Virus record (IMG/VR): IMGVR_UViG_2718218100_000008
DNA: 32,517 bases
DNA from: a virus
Taxonomy: Duplodnaviria; Heunggongvirae; Uroviricota; Caudoviricetes
Reading direction: 5' to 3' (one strand)
Below are positions 20,635-32,517 of this stretch, one piece after another (position 1 is the stretch's first letter; each line of letters starts with the position of its first letter). The notes under the pieces were generated by a model that saw only the letters and a list, made by a program, of their open reading frames with translations, was not told the origin of the DNA and did no database searches. The translations under genes and the position numbers were made by a program.

Positions 20635-21375
20635 ATGCCAACACCAAATCCTCTGGCACCGGTGAAAGGGGCCGGGACCACACTGTGGGTTTATAACGGG
20701 AACGGCGACCCATATGCAAACCCGCTTTCAGACAATGACTGGTCGCGTCTGGCAAAGGTTAAAGACCTGACGCCCGGCGAACTGACCGCTGAGTCCTATG
20801 ACGACAGTTATCTCGATGATGAAGATGCGGACTGGGCCGCGACCGGACAGGGGCAGAAATCCGCTGGAGATACCAGCTTCACGCTGGCGTGGATGCCCGG
20901 AGAGCAGGGGCAGCAGGCGCTGCTGGCGTGGTTTAATGAAGGTGATACCCGTGCCTATAAAATCCGCTTCCCGAACGGCACGGTCGATGTGTTCCGCGGC
21001 TGGGTCAGCAGTATCGGTAAGGCGGTGACGGCGAAGGAAGTGATCACCCGCACGGTGAAAGTCACCAACGTGGGACGTCCGTCGATGGCAGAAGATCGCA
21101 GCACGGTAACAGCGGCAACCGGCATGACCGTGACGCCTGCCAGCACCTCGGTGGTGAAAGGGCAGAGCACGACGCTGACCGTGGCATTCCAGCCGGAAGG
21201 CGCAACCGACAAGAGCTTCCGTGCGGTGTCTGCGGATAAAACAAAAGCCACCGTGTCGGTCAGTGGTATGACCATCACCGTGAAAGGTGTTGCTGCAGGC
21301 AAGGTCAACATTCCGGTCGTATCCGGTAATGGTGAGTTTGCTGCGGTTGCAGAAATCAACGTCACCGCCAGTTAA
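20635..21375 (+). CDS. V: Major tail tube protein V
   Basis: 246-aa product [33 protein letters not shown]... matching lambda V as recalled, with a C-terminal Ig-like domain. Confidence 0.95.
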   Translation: MPTPNPLAPVKGAGTTLWVYNGNGDPYANPLSDNDWSRLAKVKDLTPGELTAESYDDSYLDDEDADWAATGQGQKSAGDTSFTLAWMPGEQGQQALLAWFNEGDTRAYKIRFPNGTVDVFRGWVSSIGKAVTAKEVITRTVKVTNVGRPSMAEDRSTVTAATGMTVTPASTSVVKGQSTTLTVAFQPEGATDKSFRAVSADKTKATVSVSGMTITVKGVAAGKVNIPVVSGNGEFAAVAEINVTAS

Positions 21376-21390
21376 TCCGGAGAATCAGCG

Positions 21391-21813
21391 ATGTTCCTGA
21401 AAACCGAATCATTTGAACATAACGGCGTGACCGTCACGCTTTCTGAACTGTCAGCCCTGCAGCGTATTGAGCATCTCGCCCTGATGAAACGGCAGGCAGA
21501 ACAGGCGGAGTCAGACAGCAACCGGAAGTTTACTGTGGAAGACGCCATCAGAACCGGCGCTTTTGTGGTGGCGATGTCCCTGTGGCATAACCATCCGAAG
21601 AAGACGCAGATGCCGTCCATGAATGAAGCCGTTAAACAGATTGAGCAGGAAGTGCTTACCACCTGGCCCGCGGAGGCAATTTCTCATGCTGAAAACGTGG
21701 TGTACCGGCTGTCCGGTATGTATGAGTTTGTGGTGAATGATGCCCCTGAACAGGCAGAGGACGCCGGGCCTGCAGAGCCTGTTTCTGCGGGAAAGTGTTC
21801 GACGGTGAGCTGA
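21391..21813 (+). CDS. G: Tail assembly chaperone G
   Basis: 140-aa ORF matching lambda G as recalled. Confidence 0.95.
   Translation: MFLKTESFEHNGVTVTLSELSALQRIEHLALMKRQAEQAESDSNRKFTVEDAIRTGAFVVAMSLWHNHPKKTQMPSMNEAVKQIEQEVLTTWPAEAISHAENVVYRLSGMYEFVVNDAPEQAEDAGPAEPVSAGKCSTVS
21789..21795 (+). promoter_or_regulatory. Programmed -1 ribosomal frameshift slippery heptamer G GGA AAG (G to G-T)
   Basis: Heptamer read in the G zero frame; the -1 frame downstream encodes T (VFDGELSFALKLAREMGRPDWRAMLAGMSSTEYADWHRFY...), the known lambda G-T arrangement. Confidence 0.8.
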
Positions 21814-22229
21814 GTTTTGCCCTGAAACTGGCGCGCGAGATGGGGCGACCCGACTGGCGTGCCATGCTTGCCGGGATGTCATCCACGGAGTATGCCGACT
21901 GGCACCGCTTTTACAGTACCCATTATTTTCATGATGTTCTGCTGGATATGCACTTTTCCGGGCTGACGTACACCGTGCTCAGCCTGTTTTTCAGCGATCC
22001 GGATATGCATCCGCTGGATTTCAGTCTGCTGAACCGGCGTGAGGCTGACGAAGAGCCTGAAGATGATGTGCTGATGCAGAAAGCGGCAGGGCTTGCTGGA
22101 GGCGTTCGTTTTGGCCCGGACGGGAATGAAGTTATCCCCGCTTCCCCGGATGTGGCGGACATGACGGAGGATGACGTAATGCTGATGACAGTATCAGAAG
22201 GGATCGCAGGAGGAGTCCGGTATGGCTGA
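21795..22229 (+). CDS. T: T portion of the G-T frameshift fusion chaperone (expressed only as a fusion by -1 frameshifting from G)
   Basis: -1 frame ORF continuing from the slippery site; matches lambda T as recalled. Confidence 0.85.
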   Translation: MFDGELSFALKLAREMGRPDWRAMLAGMSSTEYADWHRFYSTHYFHDVLLDMHFSGLTYTVLSLFFSDPDMHPLDFSLLNRREADEEPEDDVLMQKAAGLAGGVRFGPDGNEVIPASPDVADMTEDDVMLMTVSEGIAGGVRYG

Positions 22230-22815
22230 ACCGGTAGGCGATCTGGTCGTTGATTTAAGTCTGGATGCGGCCAGATTTGACGAGCAGATGGCCAGAGTCA
22301 GGCGTCATTTTTCCGGTACGGAAAGTGATGCGAAAAAAACAGCGGCAGTCGTTGAACAGTCGATGAGCCGGCAGGCGCTGGCTGCACAGAAAGCGGGAAT
22401 TTCCGTCGGGCAGTATAAAGCCGCCATGCGTATGCTGCCTGCGCAGTTCACTGACGTGGCCACGCAGCTTGCAGGTGGGCAAAGTCCGTGGCTGATCCTG
22501 CTGCAACAGGGGGGGCAGGTGAAGGACTCCTTCGGCGGGATGATCCCCATGTTCCGGGGGCTTGCCGGTGCGATCACCCTGCCGATGGTGGGGGCCACCT
22601 CGCTGGCGGTGGCGACCGGTGCGCTGGCGTATGCCTGGTATCAGGGCAACTCAACCCTGTCCGATTTCAACAAAACGCTGGTCCTTTCCGGCAATCAGGC
22701 CGGGCTGACGGCAGATCGTATGCTGGTCCTGTCCAGAGCCGGGCAGGCGGCAGGGCTGACGTTTAACCAGACCAGCGAGTCACTCAGCGCAGAGTTTGAA
22801 CAGGTGGTGAACTGA
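22222..22815 (+). pseudogene. H: Tape-measure gene H remnant: about 190 N-terminal codons fused in frame to the last ~7 codons of M; the rest of H and almost all of M are deleted
   Basis: 197-aa ORF matches the lambda H N-terminus through ...LTFNQTSESLSA and then reads EFEQVVN-stop, which is the C-terminus of lambda M; the junction at ~22786-22792 lies in a short AGCGCA stretch; L follows immediately (TGATG). Confidence 0.85.
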
Positions 22816-23513
22816 TGCAGGATATCCGGCAGGAAACACTGAATGAATGCACCCGTGCGGAGCAGTCGGCCAGCGTGGTGCTCTGGGAAATCGATCTGAC
22901 AGAGGTCGGTGGAGAACGTTATTTTTTCTGTAATGAGCAGAACGAAAAAGGTGAGCCGGTCACCTGGCAGGGGCGACAGTATCAGCCGTATCCCATTCAG
23001 GGGAGTGGTTTTGAACTGAATGGCAAAGGCACCAGTACGCGCCCCACGCTGACGGTTTCTAACCTGTACGGTATGGTCACCGGGATGGCGGAAGATCTGC
23101 AGAGTCTGGTCGGCGGAACGGTGGTCCGGCGTAAGGTTTACGCCCGTTTTCTGGATGCGGTGAACTTCGTCAACGGAAACAGTGACGCCGATCCGGAGCA
23201 GGAGGTGATCAGCCGCTGGCGCATTGAGCAGTGCAGCGAACTGAGCGCGGTGAGTGCCTCTTTTGTACTGTCCACGCCGACGGAAACGGACGGCGCTGTT
23301 TTTCCGGGACGTATCATGCTGGCCAACACCTGCACCTGGACCTATCGCGGCGATGAGTGCGGTTATCACGGTCCGGCGGTCGCGGATGAATATGACCAGC
23401 CAACGTCCGATATCACGAAGGATAAATGCAGCAAATGCCTGAGCGGTTGTAAGTTCCGCAATAACGTCGGCAACTTTGGCGGCTTCCTTTCCATTAACAA
23501 ACTTTCGCAGTAA
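22815..23513 (+). CDS. L: Tail tip protein L
   Basis: 232-aa ORF matching lambda L as recalled (MQDIRQETLNECTRAEQSASVVLWEIDLTEVGGERYFF...). Confidence 0.95.
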   Translation: MQDIRQETLNECTRAEQSASVVLWEIDLTEVGGERYFFCNEQNEKGEPVTWQGRQYQPYPIQGSGFELNGKGTSTRPTLTVSNLYGMVTGMAEDLQSLVGGTVVRRKVYARFLDAVNFVNGNSDADPEQEVISRWRIEQCSELSAVSASFVLSTPTETDGAVFPGRIMLANTCTWTYRGDECGYHGPAVADEYDQPTSDITKDKCSKCLSGCKFRNNVGNFGGFLSINKLSQ

Positions 23514-23518
23514 ATCCC

Positions 23519-24262
23519 ATGACACAGACAGAATCAGCGATTCTGGCGCACGCCCGGCGATGTGCGCCAGCGGAGTCGTGCGGCTTCGTGGTAAGCACGC
23601 CGGAGGGGGAAAGATATTTCCCCTGCGTGAATATCTCCGGTGAGCCGGAGGCGTATTTCCGTATGTCGCCGGAAGACTGGCTGCAGGCAGAAATGCAGGG
23701 TGAGATTGTGGCGCTGGTCCACAGCCACCCCGGTGGTCTGCCCTGGCTGAGTGAGGCCGACCGGCGGCTGCAGGTGCAGAGTGATTTGCCGTGGTGGCTG
23801 GTCTGCCGGGGGACGATTCATAAGTTCCGCTGTGTGCCGCATCTCACCGGGCGGCGCTTTGAGCACGGGGTGACGGACTGTTACACGCTGTTCCGGGATG
23901 CTTATCATCTGGCGGGGATTGAGATGCCGGATTTTCATCGCGAGGATGACTGGTGGCGTCACGGTCAGAATCTCTATCTGGATAATCTGGAGGCCACAGG
24001 GCTGTATCAGGTGCCGTTGTCATCAGCACAACCGGGCGATGTGCTGCTGTGCTGTTTTGGTTCATCGGTGCCGAATCATGCCGCCATTTACTGTGGTGAT
24101 GGCGAGCTGCTGCACCATATTCCTGAACAACTGAGCAAACGAGAGAGGTATACCGACAAATGGCAGCGACGCACACACTCCCTCTGGCGTCACCGGGCAT
24201 GGCGCGCATCTGCCTTTACGGGGATTTGCAACGATTTGGCCGCCGCATCGACCTTCGTGTGA
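23519..24262 (+). CDS. K: Tail tip assembly protein K (JAB/MPN-like and NlpC/P60-like motifs)
   Basis: ORF matching lambda K as recalled; HSHP motif (ALVHSHPGG); the true start may be an internal Met. Confidence 0.9.
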   Translation: MTQTESAILAHARRCAPAESCGFVVSTPEGERYFPCVNISGEPEAYFRMSPEDWLQAEMQGEIVALVHSHPGGLPWLSEADRRLQVQSDLPWWLVCRGTIHKFRCVPHLTGRRFEHGVTDCYTLFRDAYHLAGIEMPDFHREDDWWRHGQNLYLDNLEATGLYQVPLSSAQPGDVLLCCFGSSVPNHAAIYCGDGELLHHIPEQLSKRERYTDKWQRRTHSLWRHRAWRASAFTGICNDLAAASTFV

Positions 24263-24831
24263 AAACGGGGGCTGAAGCCATCCGCGCACTGGCCACACAG
24301 CTCCCGGTGTTTCGTCAGAAGCTGAGCGACGGCTGGTATCAGGTACGGATTACCGGGCGGGACGTCAGCACGTCCGGGTTAACGGCGCAGTTACATGAGA
24401 CTCTGCCTGATGGCGCTGTGATTCATATTGTTCCCAGAGTCGCCGGGGCCAAGTCAGGTGGCGTATTCCAGATTGTCCTGGGGGCTGCCGCCATTGCCGG
24501 ATCATTCTTTACCGCCGGAGCCACCCTTGCAGCATGGGGGGCAGCCATTGGGGCCGGTGGTATGACCGGCATCCTGTTTTCTCTCGGTGCCAGTATGGTG
24601 CTCGGTGGTGTGGCGCAGATGCTGGCACCGAAAGCCAGAACTCCCCGTACACAGACAACGGATAACGGCAAACAGAACACCTATTTCTCCTCACTGGATA
24701 ACATGGTTGCCCAGGGCAATGTTCTGCCGGTTCTGTACGGTGAAATGCGCGTGGGGTCACGCGTGGTTTCTCAAGAGATCAGCACGGCAGACGAAGGGGA
24801 CGGTGGTCAGGTTGTGGTGATTGGTCGCTGA
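24160..24831 (+). CDS. I: Tail tip assembly protein I
   Basis: 223-aa ORF matching lambda I as recalled; overlaps the K 3-prime end in another frame. Confidence 0.9.
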   Translation: MAATHTLPLASPGMARICLYGDLQRFGRRIDLRVKTGAEAIRALATQLPVFRQKLSDGWYQVRITGRDVSTSGLTAQLHETLPDGAVIHIVPRVAGAKSGGVFQIVLGAAAIAGSFFTAGATLAAWGAAIGAGGMTGILFSLGASMVLGGVAQMLAPKARTPRTQTTDNGKQNTYFSSLDNMVAQGNVLPVLYGEMRVGSRVVSQEISTADEGDGGQVVVIGR

Positions 24832-24888
24832 TGCAAAATGTTTTATGTGAAACCGCCTCCGGGCGGTTTTATCGTTTATGGAGCATGA

Positions 24889-28290
<3,402 letters not shown>

Positions 28291-28308
28291 ATTTTATAAC
28301 CCAGAACG

Positions 28309-28335
28309 GGCGTCAGAAATGACGCCTTTTTTATT
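28309..28335 (+). terminator. Intrinsic terminator after J (GGCGTCA-GAAA-TGACGCC followed by TTTTTTATT)
   Basis: Read directly from the sequence. Confidence 0.6.
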
Positions 28336-28356
28336 GCAGAAAAGCGAGAGGTAATT

Positions 28357-28956
28357 ATGCGTAAACTTTATGCCGCCATTTTGTCCGCAGCCATTTGTCT
28401 GGCCGTATCCGGTGCGCCTGCATGGGCATCTGAACATCAGTCCACGCTGAGCGCGGGGTATCTTCATGCCCGGACCAACGTTCCCGGCAGTGATGATCTG
28501 AACGGGATTAACGTGAAATACCGTTATGAGTTTACGGATACGCTGGGGCTGGTGACGTCATTCAGCTATGCAGGAGACAAGAATCGCCAGCTGACCCGTT
28601 ACAGCGATACCCGCTGGCATGAAGATTCCGTGCGTAACCGCTGGTTCAGCGTGATGGCGGGGCCGTCTGTGCGCGTGAATGAATGGTTCAGCGCGTATGC
28701 GATGGCGGGTATGGCTTACAGCCGTGTTTCGACTTTTTCCGGGGATTACCTTCGCGTAACTGACAACAAGGGGAAAACGCACGATGTGCTGACCGGAAGT
28801 GATGACGGTCGCCACAGCAACACGTCTCTGGCGTGGGGGGCTGGCGTGCAGTTTAACCCGACCGAATCCGTGGCCATTGATATTGCTTATGAAGGTTCTG
28901 GCAGTGGTGACTGGCGCACTGACGGGTTCATCGTGGGTGTTGGTTATAAATTCTGA
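28357..28956 (+). CDS. lom: Outer membrane beta-barrel protein Lom (Ail/Lom family)
   Basis: 199-aa ORF with signal peptide; matches lambda Lom as recalled; C-terminal ...GVGYKF. Confidence 0.95.
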   Translation: MRKLYAAILSAAICLAVSGAPAWASEHQSTLSAGYLHARTNVPGSDDLNGINVKYRYEFTDTLGLVTSFSYAGDKNRQLTRYSDTRWHEDSVRNRWFSVMAGPSVRVNEWFSAYAMAGMAYSRVSTFSGDYLRVTDNKGKTHDVLTGSDDGRHSNTSLAWGAGVQFNPTESVAIDIAYEGSGSGDWRTDGFIVGVGYKF

Positions 28957-28982
28957 TTAGCCAGGTAACACAGTGTTATGAC

Positions 28983-29009
28983 AGCCCGCCGGTTCAGGCG
29001 GGCTTTTTT
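28983..29009 (+). terminator. Intrinsic terminator after lom (AGCCCGCC-GGTTCA-GGCGGGCT followed by TTTTTT)
   Basis: 8-bp perfect stem plus T-run read directly. Confidence 0.65.
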
Positions 29010-29020
29010 GTGGGGTGAAT

Positions 29021-31936
29021 ATGGCAGTAAAGATTTCAGGTGTACTGAAAGACGGCACAGGAAAACCGGTACAGAACTGCACAATCCAGCTGAAAGCAAA
29101 ACGTAACAGTACCACGGTGGTGGTGAACACGCTGGCCTCAGAAAATCCGGATGAAGCCGGGCGTTACAGCATGGACGTTGAGTACGGTCAGTACAGCGTT
29201 ATTCTGTTGGTGGAAGGGTTCCCGCCGTCACATGCCGGGACCATCACCGTGTATGAAGATTCTCAACCCGGTACGCTGAATGATTTTCTTGGTGCCATGA
29301 CTGAGGATGATGTCCGTCCGGAGGCACTGCGCCGTTTTGAGCTGATGGTGGAAGAGGTGGCGCGTAACGCGTCCGCGGTGGCACAGAACACGGCAGCCGC
29401 GAAGAAGTCAGCCAGCGATGCCAGCACATCAGCCCGTGAGGCGGCAACCCATGCGACTGATGCTGCGGACTCAGCACGCGCAGCCAGCACGTCAGCCGGA
29501 CAGGCCGCGTCGTCGGCTCAGTCAGCGTCTTCCAGCGCAGGAACGGCATCAACAAAGGCTACTGAAGCATCAAAAAGTGCTGCCGCTGCAGAGTCCTCAA
29601 AAAGCGCGGCGGCTACCAGTGCCGGTGCGGCGAAAACGTCAGAAACGAATGCGGCAGTGTCACAACAATCAGCCGCCACTTCTGCATCCACCGCGACCAC
29701 GAAAGCGTCAGAAGCTGCCTCCTCAGCCAGGGATGCGTCGGCTTCAAAAGAGGCGGCAAAATCATCAGAAACGAGCGCAGCCTCGAGCGCCAGTAGTGCA
29801 GCCTCCTCGGCAACGGCGGCAGGCAATTCCGCGAAGGCGGCCAAAACGTCTGAGACAAACGCTAAGTCCTCTGAAACGGCAGCAGAACAGAGTGCCTCCG
29901 CAGCAGCAGGCTCAAAAACAGCGGCTGCATTATCTGCCAGTGCCGCGTCAACAAGTGCCGGGCAGGCCTCAGCCAGTGCCACCGCCGCCGGAAAATCGGC
30001 AGAAAGTGCCGCATCGTCTGCTTCAACAGCCACAACGAAGGCTGGCGAAGCCACTGAACAGGCCAGCGCAGCAGCGAGTTCTGCTTCCGCAGCGAAGACA
30101 TCCGAAACGAACGCGAAAGCGTCGGAAACCAGCGCAGAATCCTCAAAAACGGCTGCCGCATCGTCAGCCAGTTCGGCGGCGTCATCGGCATCATCTGCGT
30201 CTGCTTCAAAAGATGAGGCGACCAGACAAGCGTCAGCAGCGAAGAGCAGCGCCACGACGGCATCCACGAAGGCGACAGAGGCAGCTGGTAGTGCGACGGC
30301 AGCAGCTCAGAGCAAAAGTACGGCGGAATCTGCAGCAACGCGCGCTGAGACAGCGGCAAAACGGGCAGAGGATATTGCATCCGCCGTGGCGCTTGAGGAT
30401 GCGAGCACGACGAAAAAGGGGATAGTACAGCTCAGCAGTGCGACTAACAGCACTTCCGAGTCACTGGCGGCAACGCCAAAAGCCGTTAAGGCCGCGTATG
30501 AGCTGGCTAACGGGAAATACACCGCACAGGATGCAACGACAGCACAGAAAGGGATAGTTCAGCTTAGCAACGCGACCAACAGCACATCTGAAATGCTGGC
30601 GGCAACGCCAAAGTCGGTAAAGGCAGCCTATGACCTTGCTAACGGGAAATATACTGCTCAGGACGCTACGACAGCACAAAAAGGAATTGTCCAGCTCAGT
30701 AGTGCAACCAACAGCGCATCTGAAACGCTTGCCGCGACACCGAAAGCAGTGAAAGCAGCTAATGATAATGCGAATGGTCGGGTACCTTCTGCCCGTAAGG
30801 TGAATGGTAAGGCGCTTTCATCGGATATAACACTGACGCCGAAAGATATTGGTACGCTTAACTCAACAACAATGTCATTCAGCGGTGGTGCTGGTTGGTT
30901 CAAATTAGCAACGGTAACCATGCCACAGGCGAGTTCTGTTGTTTCAATTACGTTGATTGGTGGCGCGGGATTTAACGTGGGGTCACCTCAACAGGCAGGT
31001 ATATCTGAACTTGTTTTGCGTGCAGGTAATGGTAATCCGAAGGGGATTACTGGTGCTTTATGGCAGCGCACATCGACAGGGTTTACAAATTTTGCCTGGG
31101 TCAATACATCTGGTGATACTTACGATATTTACGTTGCAATCGGAAATTATGCGACTGGTGTAAATATTCAATGGGATTATACCAGTAATGCCAGCGTGAC
31201 GATTCATACGTCACCAGCATATTCTGCTAATAAGCCGGAAGGGTTAACGGACGGTACAGTTTATTCACTCTATACGCCATCAGAGCAGTTTTATCCGCCT
31301 GGCGCACCAATCCCGTGGCCATCAGATACCGTTCCGTCTGGCTATGCCCTGATGCAGGGGCAGACTTTTGACAAATCTGCATACCCGAAACTTGCAGCCG
31401 CTTATCCGTCAGGCGTGATCCCTGATATGCGTGGCTGGACGATTAAGGGCAAACCTGCCAGTGGTCGGGCCGTATTGTCTCAGGAACAGGACGGCATTAA
31501 ATCGCACACCCACAGCGCCAGCGCATCCAGTACGGATTTGGGGACGAAAACCACATCGTCGTTTGATTACGGCACTAAATCCACGAATAACACCGGGGCG
31601 CACACGCACAGTGTGAGCGGTACAGCCGCAAGTGCCGGAAACCATACTCATAGTGTCACAGGCGCATCAGCAGTCAGCCAGTGGTCACAAAATGGGTCAG
31701 TACATAAGGTAGTGTCTGCGGCCAGTGTGAATACAAGTGCTGCAGGAGCGCACACTCATAGTGTCAGCGGCACAGCTGCATCTGCAGGTGCTCACGCACA
31801 TACTGTCGGTATTGGTGCTCATACGCACTCTGTTGCGATTGGCTCACATGGACACACCATCACCGTTAACGCTGCGGGTAACGCGGAAAACACTGTCAAA
31901 AACATCGCATTTAACTACATTGTGAGGCTTGCATAA
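29021..31936 (+). CDS. stf: Side tail fibre protein Stf, full-length single ORF
   Basis: N-terminus [26 protein letters not shown]... and C-terminus with HxH repeats ending ...[22 protein letters not shown] match the recalled full-length Stf of the original lambda isolate; long Ala/Ser/Thr-rich central region; ATG at 29021 preferred over the upstream GTG. Confidence 0.9.
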   Translation: MAVKISGVLKDGTGKPVQNCTIQLKAKRNSTTVVVNTLASENPDEAGRYSMDVEYGQYSVILLVEGFPPSHAGTITVYEDSQPGTLNDFLGAMTEDDVRPEALRRFELMVEEVARNASAVAQNTAAAKKSASDASTSAREAATHATDAADSARAASTSAGQAASSAQSASSSAGTASTKATEASKSAAAAESSKSAAATSAGAAKTSETNAAVSQQSAATSASTATTKASEAASSARDASASKEAAKSSETSAASSASSAASSATAAGNSAKAAKTSETNAKSSETAAEQSASAAAGSKTAAALSASAASTSAGQASASATAAGKSAESAASSASTATTKAGEATEQASAAASSASAAKTSETNAKASETSAESSKTAAASSASSAASSASSASASKDEATRQASAAKSSATTASTKATEAAGSATAAAQSKSTAESAATRAETAAKRAEDIASAVALEDASTTKKGIVQLSSATNSTSESLAATPKAVKAAYELANGKYTAQDATTAQKGIVQLSNATNSTSEMLAATPKSVKAAYDLANGKYTAQDATTAQKGIVQLSSATNSASETLAATPKAVKAANDNANGRVPSARKVNGKALSSDITLTPKDIGTLNSTTMSFSGGAGWFKLATVTMPQASSVVSITLIGGAGFNVGSPQQAGISELVLRAGNGNPKGITGALWQRTSTGFTNFAWVNTSGDTYDIYVAIGNYATGVNIQWDYTSNASVTIHTSPAYSANKPEGLTDGTVYSLYTPSEQFYPPGAPIPWPSDTVPSGYALMQGQTFDKSAYPKLAAAYPSGVIPDMRGWTIKGKPASGRAVLSQEQDGIKSHTHSASASSTDLGTKTTSSFDYGTKSTNNTGAHTHSVSGTAASAGNHTHSVTGASAVSQWSQNGSVHKVVSAASVNTSAAGAHTHSVSGTAASAGAHAHTVGIGAHTHSVAIGSHGHTITVNAAGNAENTVKNIAFNYIVRLA
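30407..30760 (+). repeat. Three in-frame tandem repeats (about 129-132 bp each) inside stf
   Basis: Repeat units start at 30407, 30536 and 30668; they encode TT(A)(Q/K)KGIVQLS(S/N)ATNS(T/A)SE(S/M/T)LAATPK(A/S)VKAA...; the third copy diverges after ~31 codons. Confidence 0.8.
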
Positions 31937-32517
31937 TGGCATTCAGAATGAGTGAACAACCACGGACCATAAAAATTTATAATCTGCTGACCGGAACTAA
32001 TGAATTTATTGGTGAAGGTGACGCATATATTCCGCCTCATACAGGTCTGCCAGCAAACAGTACCTATATTGCACCGCCAGATATTCCGGCTGGCTTCGTG
32101 GCTGTTTTCAACAGTGATGAGTCATCGTGGCATCTCGTTGAAGATCATCGGGGTAAAACGGTTTATGACGTGGCTTCCGGCGACGCGTTATTTATTTCTG
32201 AACTCGGCTCATTACCGGAAAATGTTACCTGGTTATCGCCGGAAGGGGAGTTTCAGAAGTGGAACGGCACAGCCTGGGTGAAAGATGCAGAAGCAGAAAA
32301 ACTGTTCCGGATCCGGGAGGCGGAAGAAACAAAAAACAGCCTGATGCAGGTAGCCAGTGAGCATATTGCGCCACTTCAGGATGCTGTAGATCTGGAAATC
32401 GCAACGGAGGAAGAAACCTCATTGCTGGAAGCCTGGAAAAAGTATCGGGTGTTGCTGAACCGTGTTGATACATCAACTGCACCTGATATTGAGTGGCCTG
32501 TAATACCTGAAGTTTAA
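31936..32517 (+). CDS. tfa: Tail fibre assembly chaperone Tfa, complete; stop codon at the window end
   Basis: 193-aa [56 protein letters not shown]... matching the lambda Tfa family as recalled; TAATG overlap with stf. Confidence 0.9.
   Translation: MAFRMSEQPRTIKIYNLLTGTNEFIGEGDAYIPPHTGLPANSTYIAPPDIPAGFVAVFNSDESSWHLVEDHRGKTVYDVASGDALFISELGSLPENVTWLSPEGEFQKWNGTAWVKDAEAEKLFRIREAEETKNSLMQVASEHIAPLQDAVDLEIATEEETSLLEAWKKYRVLLNRVDTSTAPDIEWPVIPEV

Noticed and set aside
22695-23525. 276-codon minus-strand ORF
   Set aside because: Antisense to L, which is well supported; no independent signal.
29418-30425. 335-codon Arg/Gln/Pro-rich ORF on the plus strand and a 249-codon Ala/Asp-rich ORF on the minus strand (29518-30267)
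   Set aside because: Alternate-frame and antisense readings of the Ala/Ser-rich repetitive part of stf; the repetitive GCN-rich sequence keeps other frames open by chance.
30407-30760. Possible CRISPR-like array suggested by regularly spaced repeats
   Set aside because: The repeats are ~130 bp, directly adjacent with no spacers, and in frame within the tail fibre ORF; they encode repeated peptide units.

Overview
The window is an integrated lambdoid prophage read from its int end to its tail-fibre end, and it appears defective in several independent ways. Order: tyrosine integrase and excisionase (minus strand), then immediately a replication protein O lacking its N-terminus with the origin iterons inside it, P, ren, an AT-rich cargo island carrying the SMR efflux gene emrE and a large serine recombinase (ybcK-like, as in E. 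coli DLP12), a tightly overlapping nin block (ninB/ybcN, ninE, ybcO, rusA, ylcG), a cysteine-free Q-position protein, a late promoter/terminator region, lysis cassette (holin, R, Rz with embedded Rz1), bor, three small moron genes (ybcV, ybcW, ylcI), an intact cos site, and a near-lambda morphogenesis arm (nu1, A, W, B, C/nu3, D, E, FI, FII, Z, U, V, G/G-T, H, L, K, I, J, lom, stf, tfa). Defects visible in the sequence: the whole recombination/immunity region is missing between xis and O; Z carries a 1-bp frameshift; and about 2.3 kb covering most of tape-measure gene H and nearly all of M has been removed, leaving an H N-terminus fused in frame to the last residues of M. No rRNA, tRNA, CRISPR array or IS transposase was found. 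I saw no convincing novel multi-gene system; the most interesting items are the H-M deletion, the Z frameshift, the emrE-recombinase island and the Q-position protein with its regulatory region. All homology statements rest on recalled lambda and E. coli K-12 protein sequences, not on a database search.
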